From the human T2T-CHM13v2.0 reference genome, Homo sapiens, in the NCBI RefSeq assembly GCF_009914755.1, contig NC_060926.1: DNA of 64,000 bases. One strand, written 5' to 3'. The first letter of the stretch is position 1. Each line of letters begins with the position of its first letter. This document shows positions 1 through 13,505 of the stretch, one piece after another. The translations under genes and the position numbers were made by a program. A model generated the notes under the pieces. It was given only the letters and a program-made list of their open reading frames with translations. It was not told the DNA's origin and did not search any database.

Positions 1-113
1 TTAATAACAGTAATATATTGGCATTTTTAGAACATAAAAAATTTGTTATGTTGGTGCACGCTTGAGTATATTTATTAAAGCAGAAAGATGACAGTGGTAA
101 GTATATTTTAGGA

Positions 114-297
114 CAGTAGTTCTCACAAAGTAGTGTTCAGACTAGCAGGCTCAGCATCACCTGTAAATTGTCAGAAATGCAAATTCCCAGACCCCACTCA
201 GATCTACTAAAACAGAATGTAACAGCAGATTTAGCAATCTATGGTTTAACAAACCCTCCAGGTGATTCAGATGCATACTCAAGTTGGGGAAGCCCTG
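114..297. mobile_element. MER5A-like hAT-Charlie DNA transposon
   Basis: cagtagttctca start, agaaatgcaaattc, tttaacaaaccctccaggtgattc, ends gaagccctg; resembles recalled MER5A consensus. Confidence 0.75.
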
Positions 298-1429
298 CTT
301 TAAAATAATGTACACACACTCTCCACACCACACACCCCTTGTATATGGTATGCTTATTTTGAGAAACAATCTATTAACAAATGAGAGGACCGTGGTAGCC
401 AACAACTAGATAATTCCTGCTGAGGGATAAGTCAATAGGGTCCAGGTCATTTGAATTTGGGAAACAGACTCAATTCCTGGTTTCTGTATAAACTCATTCA
501 GTGGACTAGCTTTCTGACAGGTCTTTGAAAAATGAGACCCCTGGTAACAGCCCTCTCTCTCAAATATTTCCCTGGCCTGCAGCAATTAAACAGCTGAGCA
601 GGAAACTGGACCTGAAGTTCTGTTAACCCTTTGTCAGCTAAAGCACATGAGCAATCTGTCTTGCTGGAGAGATTTTATTTTCAACCTCTTTCCCTCTCAC
701 CACACTACAAAGGAAAACTGCCTCCTGAAACATCTCCTGGTGGAGCTGCGAGCTTCCGTGTCTGTGTGATTGAAAACAGCAAGGTCAGAGATCAACAGAA
801 ATGAATGGTCATTACAAACTAAATGCAGCTGCTGAATCTCCTTGTACTTCTCCTTGGTGTCATGAAGACAAATAGCATTAAAAAAAGTTTTCCCAGTGAA
901 GCAGCTCTCATTTTCTCCTCTCTCATCCCCTTCCAAACATTTCTTAATGAACTACAAGTCCATCATCTATGAGCCTGATGGTTTTAAAGCTGAGCATTAC
1001 CCAGCTAGAAACGATCAGAACTGAGTGGGTTAAGCCACTTTCTGAGTGCTTTCGTCCTTGTGTTGGTAAGTTGGGGCTTTTGTCTGTCCAAGTCCTTATT
1101 GTTACTATGTATGAAAACATCAAATCCATGGTAAAGTCAAGCCAGTTCTTCAGTGCCAGGCAAGACTTGAGTTGCTGAACAACGCTCCCTGTTTATTGAT
1201 AATTGTGGTGTCTTTTCCTTTGTCTTTTCCATGCATTCATTTTTTTCCTTATTGTCCACATGTGCATTGTAGATTTTCGGCGCAAATGTTGAATTCTAGA
1301 CCAGTATCTCCCATCATCTACTCAGAGGTTTATCAGGGAACTCAAGCTAATTTGAATGTGAGTTTACACAAAAAGCAATTGGGTTTATAATCTTATTTAA
1401 TCCACATCTGTTAGAACCCAGTAATTCTT

Positions 1430-1717
1430 AGCTAGGCACAGTGGCTCACGACTGTAATCCCAGCACTTTGGAAGGCCCAGGTGGGCCGATCACTTAAGGT
1501 CAGGAGTTCGAGAGCAGCCAGACCAAAATGGTGAAACCCTGTCTCTACTAAAAATACAAAAATTAGCCGGGTGTGGTGGCATGTGCCTGTAATCCCAGCT
1601 ACTCGGAGGCTGAGACAGGAGAATCGCTTGAACCCAGGTAGAAGTTGCAGTGAGCCGAGGTTGTGCCACTGTACTCGAGCCTGGGCAACAGAGTAAAACT
1701 GTGTCTTGAAAAAACAA
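1430..1717 (+). mobile_element. Alu (AluS-type)
   Basis: Full dimer with A-rich linker and short A tail; TSD agaacccagtaa(t/c)tctt at 1413-1429 and 1718-1734. Confidence 0.97.
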
Positions 1718-2077
1718 AGAACCCAGTAACTCTTTATTGAGGAAGAACAGTTTCTGTTTCTAAAGTTGAGAAGTTTTGAATTTAGAAAATAGAATAGGCA
1801 CCAACCAAAAGTGTCCAAGCAAATACCTCTTTAATAAGAATCTCCTGCATTGAAACCCAAACCAATTTTGATGAGGTCTTTGTGGTATTTAGCAAAATGC
1901 TTTGCTCACAGTAGATACTGAACACGTTTTTTTTAATTCAGTGTTACTTACAAATGTGAGTTTTAGCCACCAAAAGCATAAAAACCGGAATGACAATATA
2001 AGACATCTCATTTATAGTAAAATGAGAATTAATCAAATTTGAATTTGTACTCTGTTGGTACAGATGATGGAAGAAAG

Positions 2078-2563
2078 TGATGCAGGGCAGGTGAGCCCCA
2101 AAATGGGTTTAGCCCATGAGGGTTCTTGGCTTTGCCCAGGAAACAAATTCAAGGGCAAGCCAGAGATAGAAGAAAATAGCTTTATTGAAGCAGCAGTGTT
2201 ACAGCTCTAGAAGTGTGATAGCTCCATGACTACTCCTGTAGAGCAGGCCTACCTAGTTGGCAGAGGGTAGCAGCTCAGGGCCGTTCTACAGTCATATTTA
2301 TACCTACTTTTAATTACATGCAGATTTAGGGGCAGTTTATGCACAAATTTCTAGGGAAGGGGTTGTAACTTCTGGGTCTCAGGTCATTGCCATGGAAAGG
2401 GGCAGGAATTCCCAGTTGGCATGGCAATGGTAACCTGACATGGCACACTGGTGGGCCTATCTTACAGAAAGCTGCTTCTGCCCCATCTGTGTTTTAGCTA
2501 GTCCTCAATTTGGTCTGATGTCTGAGCCCCACCTCTGGAGTGGAATTTCCACCTCCTAGCTCA
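2078..2563 (-). mobile_element. Solo ERV1 LTR (MER66-like, MER4 group)
   Basis: TG...CA termini, 4-bp TSD aaag (2074-2077 and 2564-2567), tttatt (AATAAA on -); family from memory. Confidence 0.8.
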
Positions 2564-2682
2564 AAAGCATTGCATTCCTGGTTTTAAGTGAATAATCCTA
2601 TGTAGAGCAGTCAATATGAATCCACTGCTCCCACATAGGAAGTGTTTGATGGATATGACTTACCTTTTCCTCTACCCCTCAG

Positions 2683-2837
2683 GTGAATGATGGTGTGGAG
2701 GAAAAGTTTCAGAATTATCTGAAAAAGATTTCGAATCCATTTGTGCACTGAGTTTTATATATAGACAGATTAAACACTGTCTCTTACAGGGAGTTTCTAC
2801 TATGGGTTTCCCAAATAAAAGTATACACACTATTGTG
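2683..2837 (+). other. Candidate non-coding exon
   Basis: Pyrimidine tract ccttttcctctacccctcag|G acceptor and GTG|gtaagt donor; internal alternative acceptor ctgtctcttacag ending 2789; no long ORF. Confidence 0.3.
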
Positions 2838-2925
2838 GTAAGTAAAATACACATTTATCTATAACCATTACAACATTCATTGCAGTTTTTTGCCATCCTA
2901 TGTTTTCTCAACCACTGTCTGAGAA

Positions 2926-3468
2926 ATTTATTTTTTATCTTTTATTTTAGGTTCAGGGTTACATGTGCAGGTTTGTTACATAGGTAAACTCATGTCGCAG
3001 GGGTTTGTTGTACAGATTATTTCATCACCCAGTTACCAAGCCTAGTACTCAATACTTATTTTTTTATCCTCTCCCCACTTTTATCTTCCACCCTCAAGTA
3101 GGCCGCCATGTCTGTTGTTCTCTTTGTGTCCATGAGTTCTCATCACTTAGCTCCCACTTATAAGTGAGAACATGTGATATTTAATTTTCTGTTCCTTTGT
3201 TAGTTTGCTAAGGATAACGGTCTCCAGCTCCATTCACATTCCCACAAAAAACATGATTTTGTTCTTTTTTTACGGCTGCATAGTATTCCGTGATGTATAT
3301 GTACCACATTTTCTTTATCCAATCTGTCACTGATGGGCATTTAGATTGATTCCATGTCTTTGCTATTGTGAATACTGCTGCAATGAACATCATGGGCTTG
3401 TGTCTTTATGGCAGAATGATTTATATTCCTTTGGGTATATACCCAATAATGGGATTGTTGGGCCAAAT
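2926..3468 (-). mobile_element. L1 3' end (about L1PA13-16)
   Basis: T-rich tail, 3'UTR gtacagattatttcatcaccc, ORF2 C-terminal remnant [14 protein letters not shown] (ORF 3208-3393). Confidence 0.9.
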
Positions 3469-3538
3469 TTTTTGAGTAGAAGAGGTTTCCTCCTACTGGA
3501 AAGCAGGAGGAATGGCTATTCTGTAACTTTGCCTAAGG

Positions 3539-3714
3539 CAGGGCTTCCCAGGTATAGTCTGAAACCCTGGTGTTTTCTTTTTAAAATGCAGATTACCCCA
3601 CTCCATCTCTGACTCTTTGGATTAGAATCTCTCAGGTGGGGACCTAGTAATCTGCTTTTTAAAACACATTTCCTCATGTCAATTTTCTTGTGCATTGAAG
3701 TTTGAGAACTATTG
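3539..3714. mobile_element. MER5-like DNA transposon
   Basis: aaaatgcagatt...agaatctctcaggtggggacc...aagtttgagaactattg. Confidence 0.6.
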
Positions 3715-4694
3715 GCTTAAGGGAATTAGAAAATACCTTCACACAATCAGGAGTCCTCTCCAGATGGATGAAGCTTTGTTTTTCAGGTTTTACTTGAAGA
3801 TGGAATATCTCTTACCTTTTTAAATCTATACTGTCCAGAAGCTTGCTAGAATATCTATCAATCATGCCAGATATCTAGTGACAGTTTTAAAGCATTGTAG
3901 TCCTGCTGGAACTCTAAAACCAAAGAGAAATGGTTTTGGATCACCTACAGATGTGGCTTAGTCATATAACTATTTGTCTTCACTTGTGTACACTGAAATA
4001 CCACGCAAAATTAGATTACAGTGGGGGAGGGAAGCCGGACCGCAGATCTGAAATCATTAGCAACTCCTGGGAGCATTCACCTGATTTGTGTATATTTACA
4101 TATAATCTTCAGTAAAATTAGGAAACCCTTACCACCATCTGTGTTGCTATAGCAAAGTGCAGGGGCAGCAAATATCTGTTTTCTGTTTTGACACTCTTGT
4201 CTCTAGCAGCTAAACATTTCTAATCAATTCCAACAATCCTTCCCTTTGAGCCAGAATATTTATGTGTCAGAAGCTTGTGCTCTAGACAGCTGTTACTGGA
4301 TGGGATGATTGGAAGATGAAATATATTTGCTATGTTTGGGGTGGTAAAGAGGATGGGTTTTGCCGTCAAATGGCTTAGAAGGTTCAAATCCCAGTCTTGC
4401 TCCTTATGAGTTATGGGATATAGAGCGAGAGTACCTTTTTGAGCTCATTACCACATCCTTCCAAGCTGTACTAAGAAAAACAACTAGAATTTTTTTTGGA
4501 GCCTTTTATTGCCAGGAATCCTAAACAATTTACATGCATTGTTTCTGTGTTTCTCAACAATCTTACGAGGGGCCATACGAGTTCCATAAGCAAGCATGGA
4601 GGAATTTACCGCAAAGTGCATCCTTGTTGCAGCCCCTTCTCTGGGATTATGGCTTTTATAGGCCACATTTATCGAGGGATTCATGAATGCAAGA

Positions 4695-4835
4695 GATCAT
4701 TTTAATCACTTTATGAGGAGTAACCCATTTAATCCTCACAAGAATTCTAAGAGGTAGGCGTTCTTATCTCCAGTTTATATATGAGGTGCCTGAAGCTCAA
4801 AAAAAGGTTAAGTAACTCATAAGGGGTGGAGTTAG
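4695..4835 (-). mobile_element. MIR fragment
   Basis: catttaatcctcacaagaattctaagaggtagg...atgaggtgcctgaagctcaa...ggttaagtaact. Confidence 0.65.
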
Positions 4836-4837
4836 AC

Positions 4838-5022
4838 CAGCGCTGCTCAAAATGAAGTCCTGGGCCAGCAGCAGCAGCACCAGGAATTTAGTAGGAAAAA
4901 TGCAAATTTTCAAGCTCCTCTCCTGACCTCCTGAGTCAGAACTGTGGGTGGGGCCCAGAAATCCTGTGTTTTAACAGGCCCTCCAGGTGATTTTGAGGTA
5001 CATTAAACTTTCAGAACCTGAA
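4838..5022. mobile_element. MER5A
   Basis: cagcagcagcacc...aatgcaaatt...ggggcccagaaatcctgtgttttaacaggccctccaggtgatt. Confidence 0.8.
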
Positions 5023-5489
5023 GCTTTCTGACAAAGGAGATTGGCAGGACAAAGAGAAGTATAAGGAGTGAGATTGTGACCTGAGGATGTTCGAAAACGG
5101 CTCATCCCTCCCTGGGAAGGAAGTACAAGTGAGTGCCTTTTTCTGCTTCCTTTCTGTATTTCCTTCTAGTATCTATCCTGGAATTCTGTATGTACTTTTT
5201 CCTGTTAATGAGGAAAATTGGTTGATTTTTTTCTTTTTCTTTTACTTTGTGTTACACGTTCCAGTAGAATAAACAAGAAGCAACAACCTAATCTCCTTTC
5301 AAATCCACACTGTCCTTAATTTATACGGCAATGTGAGTTCCTGCATTTCACTTCATGCAGGTTCTTTGCCTTCTCCTAGTCCTTCAATTCAGTTCAGCAA
5401 ATTCTGACCATCTAGGAGGGTTTTGCACTCTATCTGTTATATGAATTTGGAAGTGCCTTGTTAGAGGACTGTGGCATGTAATAAAAATT

Positions 5490-5740
5490 ACAATAAAAAG
5501 ATGAATGTGGACAAAGCCCAGGTCTAAGGACTGCTTAGTCACTGCTTCACTGAATCCTCGTAACGATCTTATGTGGTAACTTATTATTGGCCCCATGCAA
5601 ATGAGGATGCTTATCAAGCCCCACTAATGCTTACCAACCCTCCATTTTGAAAGTGACCTCATCTGCTGAGTGAGCTGCAGGGCCGGGATCCAACACCAGG
5701 TATGTCTGATGCCACTGCCAGCTGTCTTAGTAACGTGCTT
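5490..5740 (-). mobile_element. MIR (diverged)
   Basis: tgaatcctcgtaac...ttattattggccccatgcaaatgagg...gggatccaacaccaggtatgtctga. Confidence 0.5.
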
Positions 5741-6554
5741 TATGTGACAGAGGAAGGAGTGACAGAAATCTGAGGCCACTGACATCACTAAGGAGGTGAA
5801 GACAGAATCTGCTGCTTAGGGTTTTTGGAGAGAAATCGGAGGCTAGGATTTAGAGACTCTCCTTGGTTATTTCATCTTGATTTTCCTTCAGCTCAGGCAC
5901 AAGATCAAGAACCCAGAAAGGCTCTTAAACTGTTCTTTGTTAACTGGATTCCATCGGACTGCTGTTGTTTAGCTTTCAGAAGGACAGAGAAAAGATTTCC
6001 TCTTAAGATGCTACACTGTTTAAGTGTTAAGCAGGAGACTTTTTAGTATTCAGAGACAGGGGAGGAATTAGCAGCCCTGTGCTGACTTGAAAATCAGATT
6101 GCAAGTCCCAGTGTCCCTGTGGGGTGTTCTTAGGGCTGCCCACCTCAAAACTCTATGGTGAGGCTTGGGGATGACAGAGGAATCATCCCAAAAAACCGCT
6201 TGTATTTTCCAAGGTGAAATTTGCTTTTGTGGGGGGAGGCGTAAAGAAGGAAAACAATTATTTATTTCTAATTCTAGAAAGTGCGGGTTACCTACATCTG
6301 CCGCCTTCCTGACATCTAACAGATTTGTTCTGCCTCTGCAAACATAAGCTAGTAACACATAAATACCCAGCCAGAGCAAGTTACAAAAAAAGCAAGACAA
6401 CACCCAGCCCAGCATTGACCTGTGTCTTTGGAATGCGCACAGACTTTCTCTAGTTTTGGCCATTGGGGCTCTCCATAGTTTGCGTTTCATTCTCCAGCTC
6501 CAGCTCCCTTTGCTGTAGCACCTTAGCTTCCTATGTTCACTGCAGACTTCCCCA

Positions 6555-6836
6555 TTTTTTTGTTTGAGACGGAGTCTTGCTCTGTCGCCCAGGCTGGAGT
6601 GATCTTGGCTTACTGCAAGCTCCGCCTCCTGGGTTCACGCCATTCTCATGCCTCAGCTTCCCGAGTAGCTGGGACTACAGGCGCCCGCCACCATGCCCGG
6701 CTAATTTTTTGTATTTTTAGTAGAGACGGGGTTTCACCGTGTTAGCCAGGATGGTCTCGGTCTCCTGACCTCGTGATCCACCCGCCTCGGTCTCCCAAAG
6801 TGCTGGGATTACAGGCGTGAGCCACCGCGCCCAGCC
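6555..6836 (-). mobile_element. AluY with 10-nt internal deletion
   Basis: AluY diagnostics gcaagctccgcctcc, ttcacgccattc, ttagccaggatgg; TSD cagacttccc at 6543-6552 and 6837-6846. Confidence 0.95.
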
Positions 6837-7050
6837 CAGACTTCCCTTTTCTAACAATCAGTTTTGGACCCTTGTCTCCAGGTCTTAGTTTTCCTGGGCA
6901 TGCTTGTGAGATTTGCTTTGCGCCCACGCACCATCTGTAGTAGGGGATGTCCCTGCACTCTACCACTCTGACAGAGGAGTAACCCTTTCCAGAGGAGGAG
7001 GGAGTCAGTTGCCTAGTGTGATGGAAATTTCCCAGCTCCTAAAATCTGGG

Positions 7051-7219
7051 CAGTGGATCTCAAATTTCAGAGTACCTAAGAATCACCTGGGGCCTTTGTT
7101 AAACTTTAGATTGTCAGCTCCTGCTGACCCTTAATTCTGATTCAGTAGGTCTAAGAGCCCAGGATTGAATTCTAATAAGCAGCTGGGGAGTCCACATGTT
7201 TCACTTTGAGAATTAGTGA
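7051..7219. mobile_element. MER5A-like
   Basis: cagtggatctcaaa...agaatcacctgggg...ttctgattcagtaggtct...cactttgagaa. Confidence 0.7.
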
Positions 7220-7884
7220 TTTGGTTGTGGTATTAGAATGTTAGTGTCGCATCCAGCCTTTGGACGTCAGGAGTCGTGGGCAGGGGTGTGTGGGTGGTTA
7301 CGTTGATGTCCAAACGGGGAGTGTCAGGCAGGGGTGCGGTAACAGTCTCAGGGGAACACATTACTCTTCCTTTCTTCCATCCCTTTCCCTCCTCCTTCCC
7401 TTCCAAAAGAAATTTTTTAAAGGACCTCTTACAAGGAACTTTGCTATGCTGGTTGGAGGTGAGGGGTCTGGAAAGCTTCAAGCTGATCCTCTTCTCCCCT
7501 TTATCCCTTGAGGAAGTTTCTAAGGCAGATTCATGGACACCGTTGGGTTCCTTCAGGAGTAGCTTGAAAATTAACTTGATCTAACTCCCATTTTACAGAT
7601 GAAGAAACTGAGGTTTGGAGAAGGGACTGAAGAGAAGCTGGCCAGAGGCGTACCTGGACGATCACCCTGGCCTCCTCATTTTCAGGCCTTCGAGATTTTC
7701 CCAACTAGATTCTGTCAACAGCATGTCCAACATGAGGTCCACAGATGTTCTCGGGGAGAAAGGGGTGAGCTGTATAACCAAGGAAGTTTGGGTGTCACTA
7801 GATGAAGCCCGGGTAAGCAGGTTTCTTTACTGCAGGACTTCATAGACCTAGGAGATTGTAATGTGAACTGTGACTCTTCAATAA

Positions 7885-8239
<355 letters not shown>

Positions 8240-9384
8240 AACTTTTCCCCACTTTTTAACATACTAGCATCCCAACAGACACTACTGTTGTAAGGAAAAC
8301 TGTTTGGGGATTGTACACTCTGCTTCCCCGAAACAAGCCAGAGAGAGTTCATAGTCACCGAAGACGAGAATTCATAGGTTTTAAATTTACGTAGGCTTCT
8401 CCGGACTGGCCAACTCTGACACCCAGACACCCAGATGGCCACACCTAGGATCTAGATGGACTGACAAGTTCCCATGAGAAGGAAGCTGCAGGCCGGAAAC
8501 AACTGGGCCCACTGAGCAGGCTGGCAGAGTGGGTGTCAGCCCCACTCCACTTTGGATGCAGAGGTTCTATTCTCAGGGTTGCTTAGCTTAAGGGACTCCA
8601 CTGAGTGTGTCAGGGAGGCACAGTTAGCTTGGTGTTCAGTTGAAGACACTGAGGATTGCTGTTGTCAAGGATGGAACAAGGGAGGAGGCAGTTACTGTGG
8701 ATCACTTACCCGCCACCTGCTATTGGAGAAGACACATTACAGGGAACTTGACAGAGCCAGGAGGTGCTGGGGCATTTGTCAGGGTATAGTCTTGAGTTCA
8801 GAAGGCAGGGAGGATCTGAGCTGCCGGTCAACTTTGCCTTGTTTTCTGCTCATTTTTTAAGCTGTGGCTGTGATTTGTGCACCTTCACAGCCCATCCTTA
8901 GAAGGCTACTTAAAAGTGAGCATTGTAGGTTCTGCCTCTAGGTAAACCAGAGACTTGGTAGCAAGATGGGGATGGAAAAAAGTCAGAGTCTTGGAAAATA
9001 GGAAGATTAGGTCAAACCAACAGTGGTTGGGTCCCTTTCTTACAGACCTGGTTCTGAGGCAGAACACCCAGCAAGTGTACCCAGGGTGGGCATGAGCTGA
9101 ACTACCATGAAATGAAAGAGGGTGCCTCTTCTGGTTAGGGACAATGACTGCAGGGCAGTGTGTCCTTGAAGGCACTGGCTAGCGGGAGGATGAACAGCCT
9201 CACAGTCCAGATTAACCTTTTATGGTGGACAAAGGGCCAGCCCAAGAGGCTCCCATGTCCTGCTGAATAACCATACATGGAAGAAAATTTGGTTTTGGGT
9301 TTGATTTTATTTTAATCATTAATTTGTTGTCTGATTAAAAAATAAGTGCATGTCCATTTATTTGTGAAAAGTACTAGAGTGTAT

Positions 9385-9600
9385 TGTTATGAGCAAGGTA
9401 TTTGGAGATTGAGTTTGAACCCAGAACTCATAAGCTGTGTGACTTTGCACAAGTCATTTACTATTTTCTCTTCTGTAAAATGGAGAAAAATAATCATAGC
9501 TACCCTCAAGTGATTGTTCTGAGGATTTAATGAGAGAACTTACTTAATGTCCTTAGTGCCTGAATGCAGTAAGCACTTAGATTTTAGCTATTATTATCAT
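9385..9600 (+). mobile_element. MIR
   Basis: agctgtgtgactttgcacaagtcattta...tctgtaaaatgg core and tattattatc tail. Confidence 0.75.
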
Positions 9601-9609
9601 AACTGTTAT

Positions 9610-9750
9610 AGTCTCACCAACCTAGATGATCTATTAATGCTTTCATATATTCTCTTTTTTAATTATGCATTTATGTTTTAAAATAGGCAGTATCATATTA
9701 GGCATATGCAATTTTGTGTCCTACTTCTTTTCAATTAATACTATATCCTG
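9610..9750 (-). mobile_element. Ancient L1ME-type 3' fragment
   Basis: aaaatagg...tcata...ttttgtgtcctacttcttttcaattaatactatatc; appears to continue at about 11469. Confidence 0.45.
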
Positions 9751-9774
9751 TGTGTGGAGCCTCTAATGGAACAC

Positions 9775-10010
9775 AGGTAAGAGCATTGGCTTAGGAATAA
9801 GCAGACCTCAGTTAGAATTTAACTTTACAACTTACATACCCAGGTGTGTGGCTTTGGGAAAGGCTACTTAACCCTTCGGAGACTCAGTTTCTCAACTGAG
9901 TTGGTGTGATAATTGCTACTTACAAGGCTGTGAGGAGAATTAATAAGAAGGAAGGTTAAAGATCTAGGTCGAGTCCTGGCAAGTTGTAAGTACTGAACAC
10001 TTGTTGGTTC
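9775..10010 (+). mobile_element. MIR
   Basis: ggtaagagcattggc...gtgtgtggctttgggaaaggctacttaacc...ctcagtttctca. Confidence 0.7.
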
Positions 10011-10208
10011 CCTTATCAAAGGAAAAGTATAGTAATGTTTCTGAGCTTCCAGAGTTAGAGTCTGTTGTATGTCTCTGCTGACTGAAAAATCTTAACATTT
10101 CCATCGATAGATCAATGCCATGCTGGAGTGTCCATTTTATGTGTGACAGACAAGTATGTTAAATGTTCTCTTGTGCCTTGCCCCAGCTCTTGGCCAAGTT
10201 GCCGCTGA

Positions 10209-10534
<326 letters not shown>

Positions 10535-10740
10535 TGATTCCTGAGAGTAAGATGAAAGTACGTCAGTCAGAGACATGGTATGAACACAGCTCCCCAGGGA
10601 TTGGTGCTGGAACAATGCCCTACCCACCACCCAGTGGTGCTTCTACCTAAGGATTTATCAGGACTCTTCCTGCAAGGAGTTGGTAGTTATCTCCTGAACC
10701 ACAAAGCAGAGATGTCTAAATATTATTGTTAGTTCACAGT

Positions 10741-11468
10741 TGCCTTAGTCAGTTAAGGCTGTTAAGTAACCAGAGACTGGTGGCTTATAAGCAACAAAAA
10801 TTTATTTCTCACAGTTCTGGAGGCTGGGAATCCAGGATCAGGGTGCCAACATGATCAGGTTGTAGTGAGGACCCTCTTCCAGGTTGCAGACAGCCATCTT
10901 CTCACTGTGTCCTCACAAGGCACAGGGGTTTCAGGGAGTTCTCTGGAGTCTCTAAACTCATTCATGAGAGCGTCATCCTCATGACATAAGTACTTTCCAA
11001 AGGCCCTGTTGTGGGTGAGCAGTGACTATCTTAAGCTGGTATCATGAGGGCGGTAAGAAGAATTTACCAAGCCGTTGTAGACAAAGGCAAATTTATTAGA
11101 GAAAGTATGAAAATACATTGCAAGGAAGCAACGGGCAAGTTAGCAAGAGAGGAGCTAACTGCAAAGAGACAAAGGCTTGCTGGGGATTTTATAGAATGGT
11201 GCTTGTGCTATGTGCTAAAGAGGGCTTTGTGAAGTCCTGATAATGTCAAGATTGCGGTGAGCTAACTTGCATTTTTCTATCAGTGAAGGCTCTGGTGATA
11301 GCTGGGCGCAGGAAGATTGTGTTATTTGCGCAGGAGGGCTATGTGTTCTGGACCATGAAGAAAGGCAGACTCACAGCTTACCTGCTTTTTCTTTTCACTT
11401 TCTCCTGCTCCCACCAGCCTGATTTCCTTTCCCTAATTAGGACTCCACCCCTCTGCTGAACTACCATA
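10741..11468 (-). mobile_element. MLT1A-type MaLR LTR interrupted by a younger LTR
   Basis: tgccttagtc...aatttatttctcacagttctggaggctggga...ccaaaggccc, resumes after 11448 to taccat; terminal ~60 nt missing here. Confidence 0.85.
11007..11448 (-). mobile_element. Solo LTR (LTR47-like) nested in MLT1A
   Basis: Starts tgttgtggg, tttatt signal, ends ccctaattaggactccac; family from memory. Confidence 0.7.
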
Positions 11469-12400
<932 letters not shown>

Positions 12401-12532
12401 TTCTGTAGAGGTTCATTTGATTCAAAAACTTATGTAAACATTAAAAAGGATAGTTGAGAACAAACACAGTATATAGTGAACTATTTGGACTTTATACTGC
12501 TTATTAAATCTCTAATATAAGTACATGATAAA

Positions 12533-12588
12533 TGTTATGGACTAAATGTCTTTGTCCCCCGAAAATTCATATGTGGAAACTTAACTTT
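12533..12588 (+). mobile_element. MLT1A-type LTR 5' terminal fragment
   Basis: tgttatggactaaatgtctttgtcccccgaaaattcatatgtggaaacttaa matches MLT1A/B start. Confidence 0.75.
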
Positions 12589-12589
12589 C

Positions 12590-12805
12590 AGAAGCCCCAG
12601 GGGTTCCAGGGATGTTACCCGAGGGGCCAGCAAATGAGACAGGGCTGAGTTCCCATGTCTGTGTCTGCCCCTCTACTCTTCATAACCTCCAGCTCTCAGC
12701 TGTCAATAGAACCACTCACTTTTATCCATTTTATGTATTGGAATTTTACATACAATTTATTTGAGGAAAGTCCTGGTGCTTAAAATCAAATTTGAACACC
12801 ATTGT
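12590..12805. mobile_element. hAT-Charlie DNA transposon (MER112-like)
   Basis: cttttatccattttatgtattgg...atttgaggaaag...aaatttgaacaccattg terminus. Confidence 0.55.
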
Positions 12806-12986
12806 TTTAAGGAATGTTGCCTTAGCAGGGATAATTCTGATATGAATATTCCACACATTATATTTTGAGGGAGTTCAATAGCCACGTGTAAGAAACATGA
12901 TAAGAATAATCCCTGATTCCTACTTTCTTGTTACTAATGCTGGAAATTTCTCAGACCTACTAATCTGGGCAGAGGCATTTTAATCT

Positions 12987-13505
12987 GTGTAGTGGACTGT
13001 TATTATAACCATAGTTATGTTTGTCCAGCATGTCCCTTAATCTTCCTTCTCCTAGTCATACAACCCCTGTTTCAGCAGGGAGCCCATCCCATGTGTTTTA
13101 GGGTAGATATATGACCCAAGGCTAACTAATTAGAATACACAGTCCACCTGGGTATAGCAAATGTTTCAGAGAGGATACATGATTAAGTTAGGCCAACCGG
13201 AGCCTGCCCTGAGATTTTTATTGGAATTATTGGGAAAATGGATCTGCTTGTTTCACTAGAACCACAAGCTGTAAGGATTAGGTAAACCTAGAGCTGCTGG
13301 TGGTTCTCTTTGCCATCACATAGGAAGAGTGTACCTTAAAATGAAGCCGAGACCAGAAAGGCAGAGCTGAGAAATTGAGGGATTTCTGAAGACACCGTTA
13401 AGCCCCTGGATCCAGCTATTCCTGGAGTTAGTTTGCCTCTTCAACTTCTCATTTATGCAAATTCCTTTTGCATTTGAGTTGAGTTTCTATCTCTTATAGC
13501 TCAGA
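12987..13505 (+). mobile_element. Old MaLR LTR (MLT1K/L-like)
   Basis: atgacccaaggct, gagctgctgg, aatgaagcc, cctggatccagct, tttgagttgagtttct. Confidence 0.65.

Noticed and set aside
6068-6490. 140-aa minus-strand ORF with a hydrophobic stretch
   Set aside because: No recognisable domain, promoter or exon context; length compatible with chance
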